This document shows positions 9,991 to 19,086 of a stretch of DNA of 64,000 nt, piece after piece. Below the pieces are notes generated by a model, which saw only the letters and a list, made by a program, of their open reading frames with translations, did not search any database and was not told the DNA's origin. Location: positions 28,860 to 92,859 of the forward strand of contig CANPWN010000003.1 of NCBI GenBank assembly GCA_947584415.1, read 5' to 3'. The number at the start of each line of letters is the position of its first letter. Within the stretch, counting starts at the first letter, position 1. The translations under genes were made by a program, and so were the position numbers. Source of the DNA: an uncultured Clostridia bacterium (GTDB lineage: Bacteria; Bacillota; Clostridia; Christensenellales; UBA1242).

Positions 9991-10018
9991 TTGACAAATT
10001 TTTGATTTGATATATAAT
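9991..10018 (+). promoter_or_regulatory. Sigma-A promoter of the tRNA
   Basis: TTGACA (9991) and TATAAT (10013), 16-nt spacer. Confidence 0.6.
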
Positions 10019-10064
10019 GAGATAGTTTGATGCACATTTAAACTTCTTCGTTCAGTTTTTATTT

Positions 10065-10139
10065 GCTCCCGTGGTGTAATGGAGAGCACAGCAGTCTTCG
10101 GAACTGCTTGTTCGGGTTCGAGTCCTGACGGGAGCACCA
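10065..10139 (+). tRNA. tRNA-Arg (anticodon UCG)
   Basis: Acceptor stem GCTCCCG/CGGGAGC, D arm GTGT..GCAC, anticodon arm GCAGT-CT TCG GA-ACTGC, GGTTCGAGTCC T-loop, encoded CCA. Confidence 0.92.
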
Positions 10140-10142
10140 GAT

Positions 10143-10388
10143 TTATGTCTCTAAATTATCTAAACTAAACAATTCATCATTAAAGAAATCGTTTAATGAA
10201 ATATCCAAAGCAATGCAAACTTTGACTATTGTCGAAAAATAAACATCTGTGTTAACTTCATTGAAAATATATCTCAGCGCTGAATGTGTCAATCCAGTTT
10301 CTTTTTCAAGTCTATATTTTGACATTCCTTTTTCATTCAACAATTTGCTAAGCCTCAATGCAAATGCTTTATTTAAATTCATTTTCAC
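10143..10388 (-). CDS. XRE/Cro-C1 helix-turn-helix regulator
   Basis: RLSKLLNEKGMSKYRLEKETGLTHSAL...TIVKVCIALDISLNDFF. Confidence 0.85.
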   Translation of the reverse strand: MKMNLNKAFALRLSKLLNEKGMSKYRLEKETGLTHSALRYIFNEVNTDVYFSTIVKVCIALDISLNDFFNDELFSLDNLET

Positions 10389-10502
10389 CTCTCAATATTA
10401 TGTGCAATCAAAATAAGAGAAATACATTGCTCTTATATTTGACATTATAAAATTGAGATCTTATAATATAGGTGCAGTCGTCTGCACTTATATGAGGTCG
10501 TT

Positions 10503-11066
10503 TTGAAAACTTGTTGCTTTATCGGGCATAGAAAAATTGAAATAACTGATGGGCTTGTGTTAGCAATCAGGCACATTTTATTGTCACTCATTGAAGATGA
10601 AGGTGTGCGGATTTTTGCTTTTGGTAGCAGGAGTGAATTTAACTCGCTATGCCACAAAATTGTCACGGATTTGCAAAAAGAGTATAAGGGGATTGAAAGA
10701 GTTGCTCTTACCTGCCGAAGTGAAGTTTGTTGTTTGGAGAGCGAAAAAGAAAGGTGGGAAGAGATTTTTGCCAAAAATTCAAATCAAACAGTCCGCTTGC
10801 AGGGCTTTGAGAGAGAAATTGAATTCAAAAATAAATACACCTCTGGAAGAGCGGCGTATGTCGAGCGAAATCAAGCACTGATTGATATGAGCGACTTCTG
10901 CATATTCTATTTTGACAAAGATTATCTTCCGCCATAGAGGAAGGAATCAAAAAGATCCACATTTTTTTATCAGCCAAAGAGCGGAACGGCACTTACTTAC
11001 AAATATGCTGAGCAAAAGAAAAAACACATCATCAATGTGTTTGGGATTGATAAAATTGCGTTTTAA
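10503..11066 (+). pseudogene. SLOG/DUF1273(YspA)-like protein interrupted by an in-frame TAG at 10935-10937
   Basis: TCCFIGHR...ERNQALIDMSD, then after the TAG the same frame continues RKESK...QPKSGTALTYKYAEQKKKHIINVF to TAA at 11066. The inverted paralog has GAG at this codon. Confidence 0.7.
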
Positions 11067-11130
11067 AAAAACACGACTTTTAAGCCGTGTCTTTTATAAA
11101 CATTGTTTGAAATAATATCACTTTCTAAAT

Positions 11131-12024
11131 TCAATTATCAAGGTCAACAAGTTCGTATTCGTGGGTGCCAAGGCCGAGTTGTTCCGCCGCCTCTACTATA
11201 TGGATGCCGTGACGGGAGTTCATTCTTTCAACAAGCGACTTTTTACCCTTGTCTTTGGAATTTATCACGGCGTCATAGCACGCTTGGTCAAGTGCCACTG
11301 GATTGAGTGAGGCAAATATGCCAATATCCGCCATTTCAGGCTCTGGTGGATGTGCATCACAGTCGCAATTGACTGAAAGGCGATTTGCCACATTGATGTA
11401 TGCCATATTTTTTGGCTTCAAATAATCAATCACCGCTTTGCATGCGTCAGCCATGCTTTCAATGAAGGCGTCTTGGTCACGGTCAAAGAGATTTTGCATC
11501 ATTACATCAGGGTCAGATGTTGCACCGACAGAGTGGATAAAGGCTTTGCCATTTCGTGATGCAAGTCCAATTGAAATATTTTTCAGCGCTCCGCCGAAGC
11601 CACCCATCATGTGTCCTTTAAAGTGCGACAACACAAGCATGGAGTCATAGTTCTTTAAATGCTCGCCGACAGTGTCATAAGGCAAATGAAAACCGCCTTT
11701 GACTGGCAAATTAAACTCCCCTTCCTCATCCAAAATGTCGCATGGGGCAATGTCCAAAAAACCGTGCTGCTTGATTGCCTTCCAGTGGTCTTTGGAATCA
11801 AATCTCCTGCCGCGATATGCTGTGTTGCACTCAACAATTGTGCCACCGACACGCGAAACAAGTGGAGCAATCAGTTTTGGATTTAAAAAGTTGTGTCCGC
11901 CCGGCTCGCCTGTTGAAATCTTGACTGCGACTTTGCCCTTTAACTGAGCTTTCAGTGCGTCATAAATTTTATTTAAGCCTTCGCTTGTCAATTCTTTTGT
12001 GAAAAAAACTTTTGATTTTGCCAT
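11131..12024 (-). CDS. DUF362-family uncharacterized Fe-S-center protein
   Basis: VAVKISTGE, ECNTAY.G.R, SHFKGH.MGGFGGALKN, CDCD, D.GIFAS..PVALDQAC. Confidence 0.85.
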   Translation of the reverse strand: MAKSKVFFTKELTSEGLNKIYDALKAQLKGKVAVKISTGEPGGHNFLNPKLIAPLVSRVGGTIVECNTAYRGRRFDSKDHWKAIKQHGFLDIAPCDILDEEGEFNLPVKGGFHLPYDTVGEHLKNYDSMLVLSHFKGHMMGGFGGALKNISIGLASRNGKAFIHSVGATSDPDVMMQNLFDRDQDAFIESMADACKAVIDYLKPKNMAYINVANRLSVNCDCDAHPPEPEMADIGIFASLNPVALDQACYDAVINSKDKGKKSLVERMNSRHGIHIVEAAEQLGLGTHEYELVDLDN

Positions 12025-12102
12025 TTCTTTCTCCTTTATTAAGATAACTATACCACAAAATGAAAAATTTTAAAAATATTTCAACATTTTATCAACTTTT
12101 GC

Positions 12103-12156
12103 TTGACAGTTGAATACATATTCAATTATAATGAAACAGTTGAATGAATATTCAAC
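12103..12156 (+). promoter_or_regulatory. Sigma-A promoter with two ArsR/SmtB-type palindromic operators
   Basis: TTGACA (12103) and TATAAT (12127). Palindromes TTGAAT-ACAT-ATTCAA (between -35 and -10) and GTTGAAT-GAAT-ATTCAAC (downstream of -10). Confidence 0.8.
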
Positions 12157-12171
12157 CATAAAGGAGATAGT

Positions 12172-12552
12172 ATGGGAAAATGCAAATGTGTTAATTGCGA
12201 CTGCAATGTCATCAATGCGGAAAAAGTTTCCGCTGTAAAAAAACAGATGCAAGAAGAGGAAGTTTTACTTGCTATGGCGGATTTTTACAAAGCACTTTGC
12301 GACAGCACAAGAATTAAAATTATCAATGCGCTGGACTGCCAAGAACTGTGCGTCAGCGACATTTGTTCGCTTCTCAACATGTCAAAGTCAGCAGTTTCTC
12401 ATCAACTGCAAAATTTAAAAGAGCAAGGGCTTGTCAAATGCCGCAAAAGTGGAAAAGAGGGCTATTATTCCCTCGCTGACGACCATGTTTGCCGCGTTTT
12501 TGAGATAAGTTTGGAGCATGTTTTGGAGGAAAACAATGAAAAAAAGCGTTAA
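12172..12552 (+). CDS. ArsR/SmtB-family metal-sensing repressor (CadC/CzrA-like)
   Basis: FYKALCDSTRIKI, ELCVSD, SAVSHQL, YYSLADDHV...EH. N-terminal Cys cluster. Confidence 0.92.
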   Translation: MGKCKCVNCDCNVINAEKVSAVKKQMQEEEVLLAMADFYKALCDSTRIKIINALDCQELCVSDICSLLNMSKSAVSHQLQNLKEQGLVKCRKSGKEGYYSLADDHVCRVFEISLEHVLEENNEKKR

Positions 12553-14593
12553 ACTTGTCGGCTTAGACTGTCCAAATTGCGCAAGGTCGCTTGAAAATGA
12601 AATCAGCAAACTTAACTCTGTCAAAAATGTGCATATAGACTTTGTCAAAAACAGGCTTTATTTTGAGAGCGACGACACTATGGCGGCACTTGATGAAATT
12701 ATCAAATTGACAAAACGCCTTGAGCCGCAAGCACAAATTTCGGAGATAAACTCGGCAGAGCGCAAAAACAAGTTGAATTTGATTTTGGACATCACTTTCC
12801 TCGCCGTGGGAATTGCAATTGGCTTTGTCATTTTCTTTGTTAGCATGCCAAAATGGTGTTACTGGACACTCTATGTTCTTAGTGCGTTGCTGCTTGGCTA
12901 TAAGACTTATTTGAAAGCAATAAGACTACTCTTTAAAGGCATAATAAATGAAAATCTTCTTATCACAATTTCTGTTGTCGGAGCGTCAATCATAAGCCAG
13001 CATATGGAGGGACTTATGGTGATAGCGCTTTACTCCATAGGCAAAATATTTGAGGGGTTGGCGGTCAACAGGTCAAGAAAAAGCATTGAGAAACTTGCTT
13101 CGTTGCAACCCGAATATGCAAACCTAATCTTAAACAACGGCGAAGTTGAAAAAGTCCAGCCATCAAGTGTTAAAATTGGCGACATGATTTTGGTCAAAGC
13201 CGGAGAAAAAGTGCCACTTGACGGCAAAGTTGTTGAGGGCGAAACCTTTCTTGACCTAAAAAGCCTTACGGGAGAAAGCCTGCCTGTCAAAGCCAAAGAG
13301 GGCGATGAGATTTTGTCTGGCTCAGTTGTTGTTGATGGTGTGATAACAATTGAGGTGACAAGCGTTTATGAAAACAGTGCCGTAAGCAAAATTATGAATC
13401 TTGTGGAAAACGCGGCGGAAAACAAATCTAAAACTGAAACCTTCGTTTCAAAAATCACAAAGTGGTATACCCTTGCAATTATTGTGCTGGCGCTTTCGGT
13501 TTGGGGAATTGTTTGGGCTGTGACGAAAGATTTGAATTCCGCATTTTACAGAGGACTGATATTTTTGGTTGTGTCCTGCCCTTGCGCCTTTGCCATTTCT
13601 GTGCCACTTTCATACTTCTCTGGACTTGGCAACGCATCAAAAAACGGAGTTTTAATCAAAGGTTCAAATTTCTTAGACGCCTGTGCTGGCTTAAAAACAA
13701 TTGCGTTTGATAAAACTGGCACGCTGACAACTGGTCAGTTTGAAATTGACAAAATCACATCTTTTGGTGATAAGAAAGAAGATGAACTTTTGTTTGTCGC
13801 CGCTTTGGGTGAACAATATTCCCTTCACCCGCTGGCACAAGCAATAACAAAATCTTGCATAGTTAAATTGCCAAAACTCAAATCAGTCAAAGAAATTGCT
13901 GGAGAGGGTGTTGAATTTGTTTATAAAAAGAAAAATTACTTTGTCGGAAGAAAAAATGATAATTTAACCGCAACATGCGTTGAAATATATGAAAATGATG
14001 AAAAAATTGGTGAAATTTCACTTTCTGACAAAATAAAACCTTCCGCAAAGGACACCTGCAAAGGCTTAAATGACCTTGGTGTGAAAACCGTTTTGCTCTC
14101 TGGCGACAACACCGAAATTGCCCAAGATGTTGCAAAACAAGTTGGCATAAATGAGGCACTTGGAAAACTTCTGCCGCAGGACAAATATGAATATTTGAAA
14201 AAATGCAAAGATGAAAAAATCAAAATTGGCTATGTTGGAGATGGCATAAATGACGCCCCTGCCCTCACTCTTGCAGATGTTGGAATAAGCATGGGAATAA
14301 ACGGCGCACCGGCAAGCATTGAAGCAAGTGATGTTGTGCTGGTTGATGATGACCCGCAAAAGATAATTTCGCTTATCAAAATATCAAAATTCACAAAACT
14401 AAATGTCATTGAAAACATCTCGCTTGCCGCAATCATCAAACTAACATTTTTATCCCTCGGAGCAGCCGGCGTGACAGGTATGCTTGCCGCTGTGTTTGCA
14501 GATGTCGGGGTAACACTTCTTGCAATCTTAAATAGCATGCGGGTTTTAAAATACAAACCTAACAAAAAGCAAAATATAAAAAACAAAAAGTAA
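12536..14593 (+). CDS. Heavy-metal-translocating P1B-type ATPase (CadA/ZntA-like)
   Basis: N-terminal LDCPNC HMA domain, TGES, SCPCA, DKTGTLT, HP, GDGINDAP, ADVGV. Confidence 0.95.
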   Translation: MKKSVKLVGLDCPNCARSLENEISKLNSVKNVHIDFVKNRLYFESDDTMAALDEIIKLTKRLEPQAQISEINSAERKNKLNLILDITFLAVGIAIGFVIFFVSMPKWCYWTLYVLSALLLGYKTYLKAIRLLFKGIINENLLITISVVGASIISQHMEGLMVIALYSIGKIFEGLAVNRSRKSIEKLASLQPEYANLILNNGEVEKVQPSSVKIGDMILVKAGEKVPLDGKVVEGETFLDLKSLTGESLPVKAKEGDEILSGSVVVDGVITIEVTSVYENSAVSKIMNLVENAAENKSKTETFVSKITKWYTLAIIVLALSVWGIVWAVTKDLNSAFYRGLIFLVVSCPCAFAISVPLSYFSGLGNASKNGVLIKGSNFLDACAGLKTIAFDKTGTLTTGQFEIDKITSFGDKKEDELLFVAALGEQYSLHPLAQAITKSCIVKLPKLKSVKEIAGEGVEFVYKKKNYFVGRKNDNLTATCVEIYENDEKIGEISLSDKIKPSAKDTCKGLNDLGVKTVLLSGDNTEIAQDVAKQVGINEALGKLLPQDKYEYLKKCKDEKIKIGYVGDGINDAPALTLADVGISMGINGAPASIEASDVVLVDDDPQKIISLIKISKFTKLNVIENISLAAIIKLTFLSLGAAGVTGMLAAVFADVGVTLLAILNSMRVLKYKPNKKQNIKNKK

Positions 14594-14663
14594 AATTTGT
14601 TTCGGTCTATTAGAGTTTATAATATATGTAAACTCGCACCTTCAACTTTTTGAGCATAAATTG

Positions 14664-14692
14664 AAAAGCACGGCTTTAAGCCGTGTTTTTTT
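14664..14692. terminator. Terminator hairpin; homolog of the hairpin at ~11065-11095
   Basis: CACGGCTT-T-AAGCCGTG flanked by A and T tracts. Confidence 0.7.
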
Positions 14693-14696
14693 GGAA

Positions 14697-14936
14697 TTAA
14701 AACACAATTCTATCAATCCCAAACACATTGACAATATGTTTTTTCTTTTGCTCGGCATATTTGTAGGCAAGCGCCGTTCCGCTTTTTGGCTGATATGGAA
14801 ATGATTTTTTAGTGGCTTTTCTCTCTGGCGGAAGATAATCTTTGTCAAATAGAAAATGCAGAAGTCACTCATGTCAAAGCCCATCAGTTATCTCAATTTT
14901 TCTACGCCCAATAAAACAACAAGTTTTTGTTTTCAT
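14697..14936 (-). pseudogene. Internally deleted, frameshifted inverted paralog of the 10503-11066 SLOG-like gene
   Basis: Reverse strand reads MKTKTCCFIGRRKIEITDGL, jumps ~325 bp of the paralog to DMSDFCIFY, loses 1 nt, then reads DKDYLPPERK...QPKSGTALAYKYAEQKKKHIVNVFGIDRIVF*. Confidence 0.85.
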
Positions 14937-15059
14937 ATATATTCCTCATAGTCTACGGATTGTATAATAATAGACAACCTATTATAACATACTAAATCAA
15001 AAAAATAGTCAACTATTATAGACTATAATTATACTTGTGATTAACTATGTGAGGATAAT

Positions 15060-15311
15060 ATGGATATTTTAAAAAGAATAACCGATATAAGAGAAACTCG
15101 CGGTATGACAATATATGAGCTCGCAAAAAGAAGTGGAATAAACAAAAATACAATTTATAGGTGGTATGACAATAATTACACTCCGACACTGGATTCTTTG
15201 CAGATAATTTGTGAGAAGGGTTTTGGAATATCATTAGTAGAATTTTTTGCAGTTGATTGCGACCTTATACCTGCAACGCCCGAAATAAAAGAGATTGTAG
15301 AAATTTGGTAA
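15060..15311 (+). CDS. XRE-family HTH regulator, possibly C-terminally truncated
   Basis: RGMTIYELAKRSGINKNTIYRW...PTLDSLQIIC. After the TAA the frame continues SLNDVQKDA, a plausible lost tail. Confidence 0.75.
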   Translation: MDILKRITDIRETRGMTIYELAKRSGINKNTIYRWYDNNYTPTLDSLQIICEKGFGISLVEFFAVDCDLIPATPEIKEIVEIW

Positions 15312-15448
15312 AGTTTAAATGATGTTCAAAAGGATGCTATAAACAAATCATAAAATCTTATAAAATTAAAAATGCATAACTTAGATAATTTGGAAATATA
15401 GGATAAAACACGGCTAGCTGCTGTGTTATTCAAATCTAAATAATTAAC

Positions 15449-15478
15449 AAAAAAATGCGCTTTTTGGCGCATTTTTTT
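15449..15478. terminator. Bidirectional intrinsic terminator
   Basis: AAAAAAATGCGC-TTTTTG-GCGCATTTTTTT. Confidence 0.8.
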
Positions 15479-16703
15479 AATTGTTTATATCAAATTTTGT
15501 TTCAAAAAATGTTTTGCAGCATTTCTTCATGTCTTCAATATCCTCGCACGCTGCCATCTCAATGGCTGAGTGCATTGCAAGTTGCGGCACTCCTATGTCA
15601 CAAGCGTTTATATGCAAAAGTGAACTTGAAATAAGTCCAACTGTGCTGCCACAACTAAGGTCAGAATTGCAATAAAAGTCCTGATATTTTAATTTTGCGT
15701 TTTTGAGCATTGTTTTGACAACCGATGCAGAATAGCCATCTGTTGAATAGCGGCTGTGATGTTTGATGACAATCCCGCCGCCAAGCACGACATCATTTGC
15801 AGGGTCAGATTTTTCTGTATGGGCAGGATGAATTGCATGTCCGTTGTCAATGGAAAGCATAAAGCCTTTTTCACAGGCGGAAATAAAATCTTGTTCATCA
15901 TGTCCCAAAGAATATCCAATTTTTTTGAGCAAGTCGCTCAAAAGCGAACTGTCCGCCCCCTGTTTTGTGAGTGAGCCAATTTCCTCATTATCAAAAATGC
16001 ACCCCACGGCAATATGTTTTGGCTTGCAATTTGAAAGCCCTTCTATCACTGAAAGCACGCTTGTTTTGTTATCTATGCCATAAGCGGACACAAATTGCTC
16101 GTCACTTCCGTTCAAAAATGGCTCGACCGCTGGGACAACAAACAAATCACCGTCCAGCACTTCGGCTTTTGGATATATAAGGCTGTAAACATCTTCGCCG
16201 CCGCCAACTAAAGGAAGCAAGTCCTTTTGAACATCAATTTCAAGTTTTTCATTGACCCCTCGGTTTTGATGAATTGCCAAACTTGGAATCACAACATTAA
16301 ATTTGCTTTCAACAAGTTCGGCTTTGATTTTACCTTTTTCTTGAACAAAAACTCTTCCTGCAATTTTGAGAGGGATGTCCAGCATTGAATAATTGATAAG
16401 TCCCCCATACACTTCAACATTTATCCTTTTCCCTTCCTCGCTGTCCAAAAGTTTGTTGCCTTTGACTTTTAATGCGGGGCTATCCGAGTGCGCAACAGCA
16501 ATATTGAAGGCAAAATTTTCGCCAAGCACAAAGCCGATAAGTGCGCTTTGGTTTTTTGTTACATAATACTTTCCGCCTTTTTTCAAACTCCATTTTTCTG
16601 AAAGGTCAAGTTTTTTAAAGCCGTTTTCCTTTAAAACTTCTTCGCACGCTTTTGTTGTGTGAAATGAAGTTGGTGTTTTTTTCAAAAATTCCAAAACTTT
16701 CAT
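15477..16703 (-). CDS. M18 family aspartyl aminopeptidase
   Basis: PTSFH, AHSDSP, YGG, IPSLAIH, DN, FDNEEIGS, DNGHAIHP, CGSTVG, QLAMHS. Confidence 0.92.
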   Translation of the reverse strand: MKVLEFLKKTPTSFHTTKACEEVLKENGFKKLDLSEKWSLKKGGKYYVTKNQSALIGFVLGENFAFNIAVAHSDSPALKVKGNKLLDSEEGKRINVEVYGGLINYSMLDIPLKIAGRVFVQEKGKIKAELVESKFNVVIPSLAIHQNRGVNEKLEIDVQKDLLPLVGGGEDVYSLIYPKAEVLDGDLFVVPAVEPFLNGSDEQFVSAYGIDNKTSVLSVIEGLSNCKPKHIAVGCIFDNEEIGSLTKQGADSSLLSDLLKKIGYSLGHDEQDFISACEKGFMLSIDNGHAIHPAHTEKSDPANDVVLGGGIVIKHHSRYSTDGYSASVVKTMLKNAKLKYQDFYCNSDLSCGSTVGLISSSLLHINACDIGVPQLAMHSAIEMAACEDIEDMKKCCKTFFETKFDINN

Positions 16704-19057
16704 TTTTTCTCCTTTTGTTTATTCCAATTCCAATCAAGAATTTCCGGCATATCTATGCCAAATTCTCGGATATATTTTTCATGTTTGTTGAGAAGTTTTT
16801 GCATATCCTTTTGGATAAGTTTTCTTTTATCCTCTGGGATGGAAAGATATTTGATTGCACTTAAAACCAAGTGATATCTGTCAACACAATTTCTCACTCG
16901 CATGTCAAACGCGGTTGTGATTGTTCCCTCTTCGCGGTAGCCAGAAACATGAAGATTTTGATGGTTTGGCCTGTTGTAAGAAAGGGTGTGAATAAGTTGC
17001 GGATAACCATGGAAATTGAATATGACTGGAACATTTTGCGGGAACAATTTTTCATATTGCGCCGCTGTAAGCCCATGAGGGTGAGATGAATCGAGTTTCA
17101 TAAGGTCAACAACATTGACAAACTTTATGTTAAGAGATGGGAGATATTCATTTAAAAGTTTGACTGTGGCAAGCGCCTCTAAAGTGACAGTGTCGCCGCA
17201 ACTTGTAATAATAATGTCTGGGTTTGATGTGTCATTTTTCCCAGCCCATTTCCACTCGCTTGCCCCCTGCTTGCAATGGCGTTTTGCCTCATTAATGTTC
17301 AGCCACTGGAAAGACGGATGTTTTGATGCCACAATGATATTGACATAATTTTTGCTTCTCGCGCAGTGGTCATAACATGACAAAAGTGTGTTTGTGTCTG
17401 GAGGAAGATAAATTCTAACAACATCAGCTTTTTTATTGACCAAATGGTCAAGCATGCCGGGGTCTTGATGTGTAAAGCCATTGTGGTCTTGCTGCCAAAC
17501 ATTGCTCGTCAAAACCAAATTAAGAGAGCTTATGTCCTCTCTCCAAGGAATTTCGTTGCAAGCCTTAAGCCATTTTGCATGCTGACTTACCATGCTGTCA
17601 ACCACCCTGATGAACGCTTCATAACTGTCAAACATACCATGCCTGCCGGTCAGCAAATAGCCCTCCAACATGCCTTCGCAAAGATGCTCTGAAAGGTAAC
17701 TGTCCATCACTCTGCCGTCTGACGCCAAACTTTCATCAGAGTCAAGAATTTTGGCATTAAAGGTTCTGTTTTCGCTTTCAAAAACTCTGTTCAAGCGGTT
17801 GCTCATGGCTTCGTCAGGGCTGAAAATGCGGTAATTTTTGTTCTTTTTGTTAAGTTTGAATATATCACGGACAAAACTGCCAAGTTCCATCATATCTTGA
17901 GATTTTACTCTGCCATGTCCCCTAAATTTGATTGCATAATTTTCAAAAGGCGGCACAATCAATTCCTTTAAAAGTTTGCCACCATTGGCATAAGGGCTTG
18001 CGCACATCCTTTTATTTCCCTTTGGAATGACCGCTTTTATTTCATCAACTGGTTGATATTTTTCGTCAAAAAGTTCATTAGGCTTGTAACTTAAAAGCCA
18101 ATTTTTGAGCATATCCAAATGCTCTGGCTTTGTCATATTTAGCGGAATTTGATGGGCACGGAAACTTCCCTCCACTTTTTTGCCGTCAACTTCTTTTGGC
18201 CCAGTCCATCCTTTTGGAGTTCTTAAAATAATCATTGGAGGGCGGATATTTGCCTCACTTGAAGTTTTGCGAAGATGGATGTCCTCAATGCATTTGTCCA
18301 TTGCTTCTGCCATTGCCTTATGCATTTTCATAGGGTCGTCACCCTCAACAAAATAAGGGTTATAACCATAGCCTTGCATGAGAGATTTCAGTTCGTTTTT
18401 GCTGATGCGCGACAATATGGTTGGATTGTTAATTTTGTAACCGTTCAAATGTAAAATTGGCAAAACTGCCCCATCATTTTTATTTAAAAATTTATTTGCG
18501 TGCCATGATGTTGCAAGTGGCCCCGTTTCTGCCTCGCCATCACCGACAATGGCAACTGCAATGAGATTTGAATTGTCCAAAACACTGCCATAGGCGTGTG
18601 CAAGCACATAGCCAAGTTCACCGCCTTCATGGATAGAACCCGGGGTTTCTGGAACACAATGTGACCCTATTCCACCCGGAAAGGAAAACTGCTTGCAAAA
18701 TTTTGACATGCCATCATGGCTGAAGGAAATTTCTGGATAATACTGTGAATAAGTGCCTTCAAGATAGCAGTTCGCCGTCAAAAAGTTGCCGCCATGCCCT
18801 GGGCCTGAAAGCAAAATCATGTCCTGACCATATTTTTGTATCACTCGGTTGCAATGGGCGTAAATAAAATTCTGCCCCGGCACAGTTCCCCAGTGTCCAA
18901 CGAGTTTTTTCTTGACATCATCCATTTTAAGTTCGTGGTCTCGAAGTAGTGGATTTTGCTTGAGATAAAGTTGTGCAACAGAGAGATAGTTTGCTGCCAT
19001 AAAATATTTGTTAAGTTTTTCAAAATACTCTTTTGAATTATAATAATCTTTGTCCAT
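16700..19057 (-). CDS. xfp: Xylulose-5-P/fructose-6-P phosphoketolase
   Basis: GHWGT.PGQNF, GPGHG, GSIHEGGELGY, TPP motif GDGEAETGPL, LSEH.CEG, QDHNGFTHQDPG. Confidence 0.96.
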   Translation of the reverse strand: MDKDYYNSKEYFEKLNKYFMAANYLSVAQLYLKQNPLLRDHELKMDDVKKKLVGHWGTVPGQNFIYAHCNRVIQKYGQDMILLSGPGHGGNFLTANCYLEGTYSQYYPEISFSHDGMSKFCKQFSFPGGIGSHCVPETPGSIHEGGELGYVLAHAYGSVLDNSNLIAVAIVGDGEAETGPLATSWHANKFLNKNDGAVLPILHLNGYKINNPTILSRISKNELKSLMQGYGYNPYFVEGDDPMKMHKAMAEAMDKCIEDIHLRKTSSEANIRPPMIILRTPKGWTGPKEVDGKKVEGSFRAHQIPLNMTKPEHLDMLKNWLLSYKPNELFDEKYQPVDEIKAVIPKGNKRMCASPYANGGKLLKELIVPPFENYAIKFRGHGRVKSQDMMELGSFVRDIFKLNKKNKNYRIFSPDEAMSNRLNRVFESENRTFNAKILDSDESLASDGRVMDSYLSEHLCEGMLEGYLLTGRHGMFDSYEAFIRVVDSMVSQHAKWLKACNEIPWREDISSLNLVLTSNVWQQDHNGFTHQDPGMLDHLVNKKADVVRIYLPPDTNTLLSCYDHCARSKNYVNIIVASKHPSFQWLNINEAKRHCKQGASEWKWAGKNDTSNPDIIITSCGDTVTLEALATVKLLNEYLPSLNIKFVNVVDLMKLDSSHPHGLTAAQYEKLFPQNVPVIFNFHGYPQLIHTLSYNRPNHQNLHVSGYREEGTITTAFDMRVRNCVDRYHLVLSAIKYLSIPEDKRKLIQKDMQKLLNKHEKYIREFGIDMPEILDWNWNKQKEKK

Positions 19058-19086
19058 AGTTTTATTATACATATTTAATTAAAAAA

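Noticed and set aside
10935-15311. Alternative genetic code (TAG/TAA reassigned), suggested by stops inside the SLOG-like and HTH genes
   Set aside because: TAA and TAG end normal genes elsewhere in the window and prfA is intact. Both cases lie in a decaying region.
7346-15428. Recurring CGGCTT..AAGCCG hairpins as a REP/MITE family
   Set aside because: Copies sit at gene ends with A/T tracts and behave as terminators. Two are explained by the SLOG-module duplication.
7915-15478. Intact ICE or prophage integrated at tRNA-Arg
   Set aside because: No integrase, relaxase, VirB4 or phage genes, and no duplicated tRNA 3' end (att) was found by eye.
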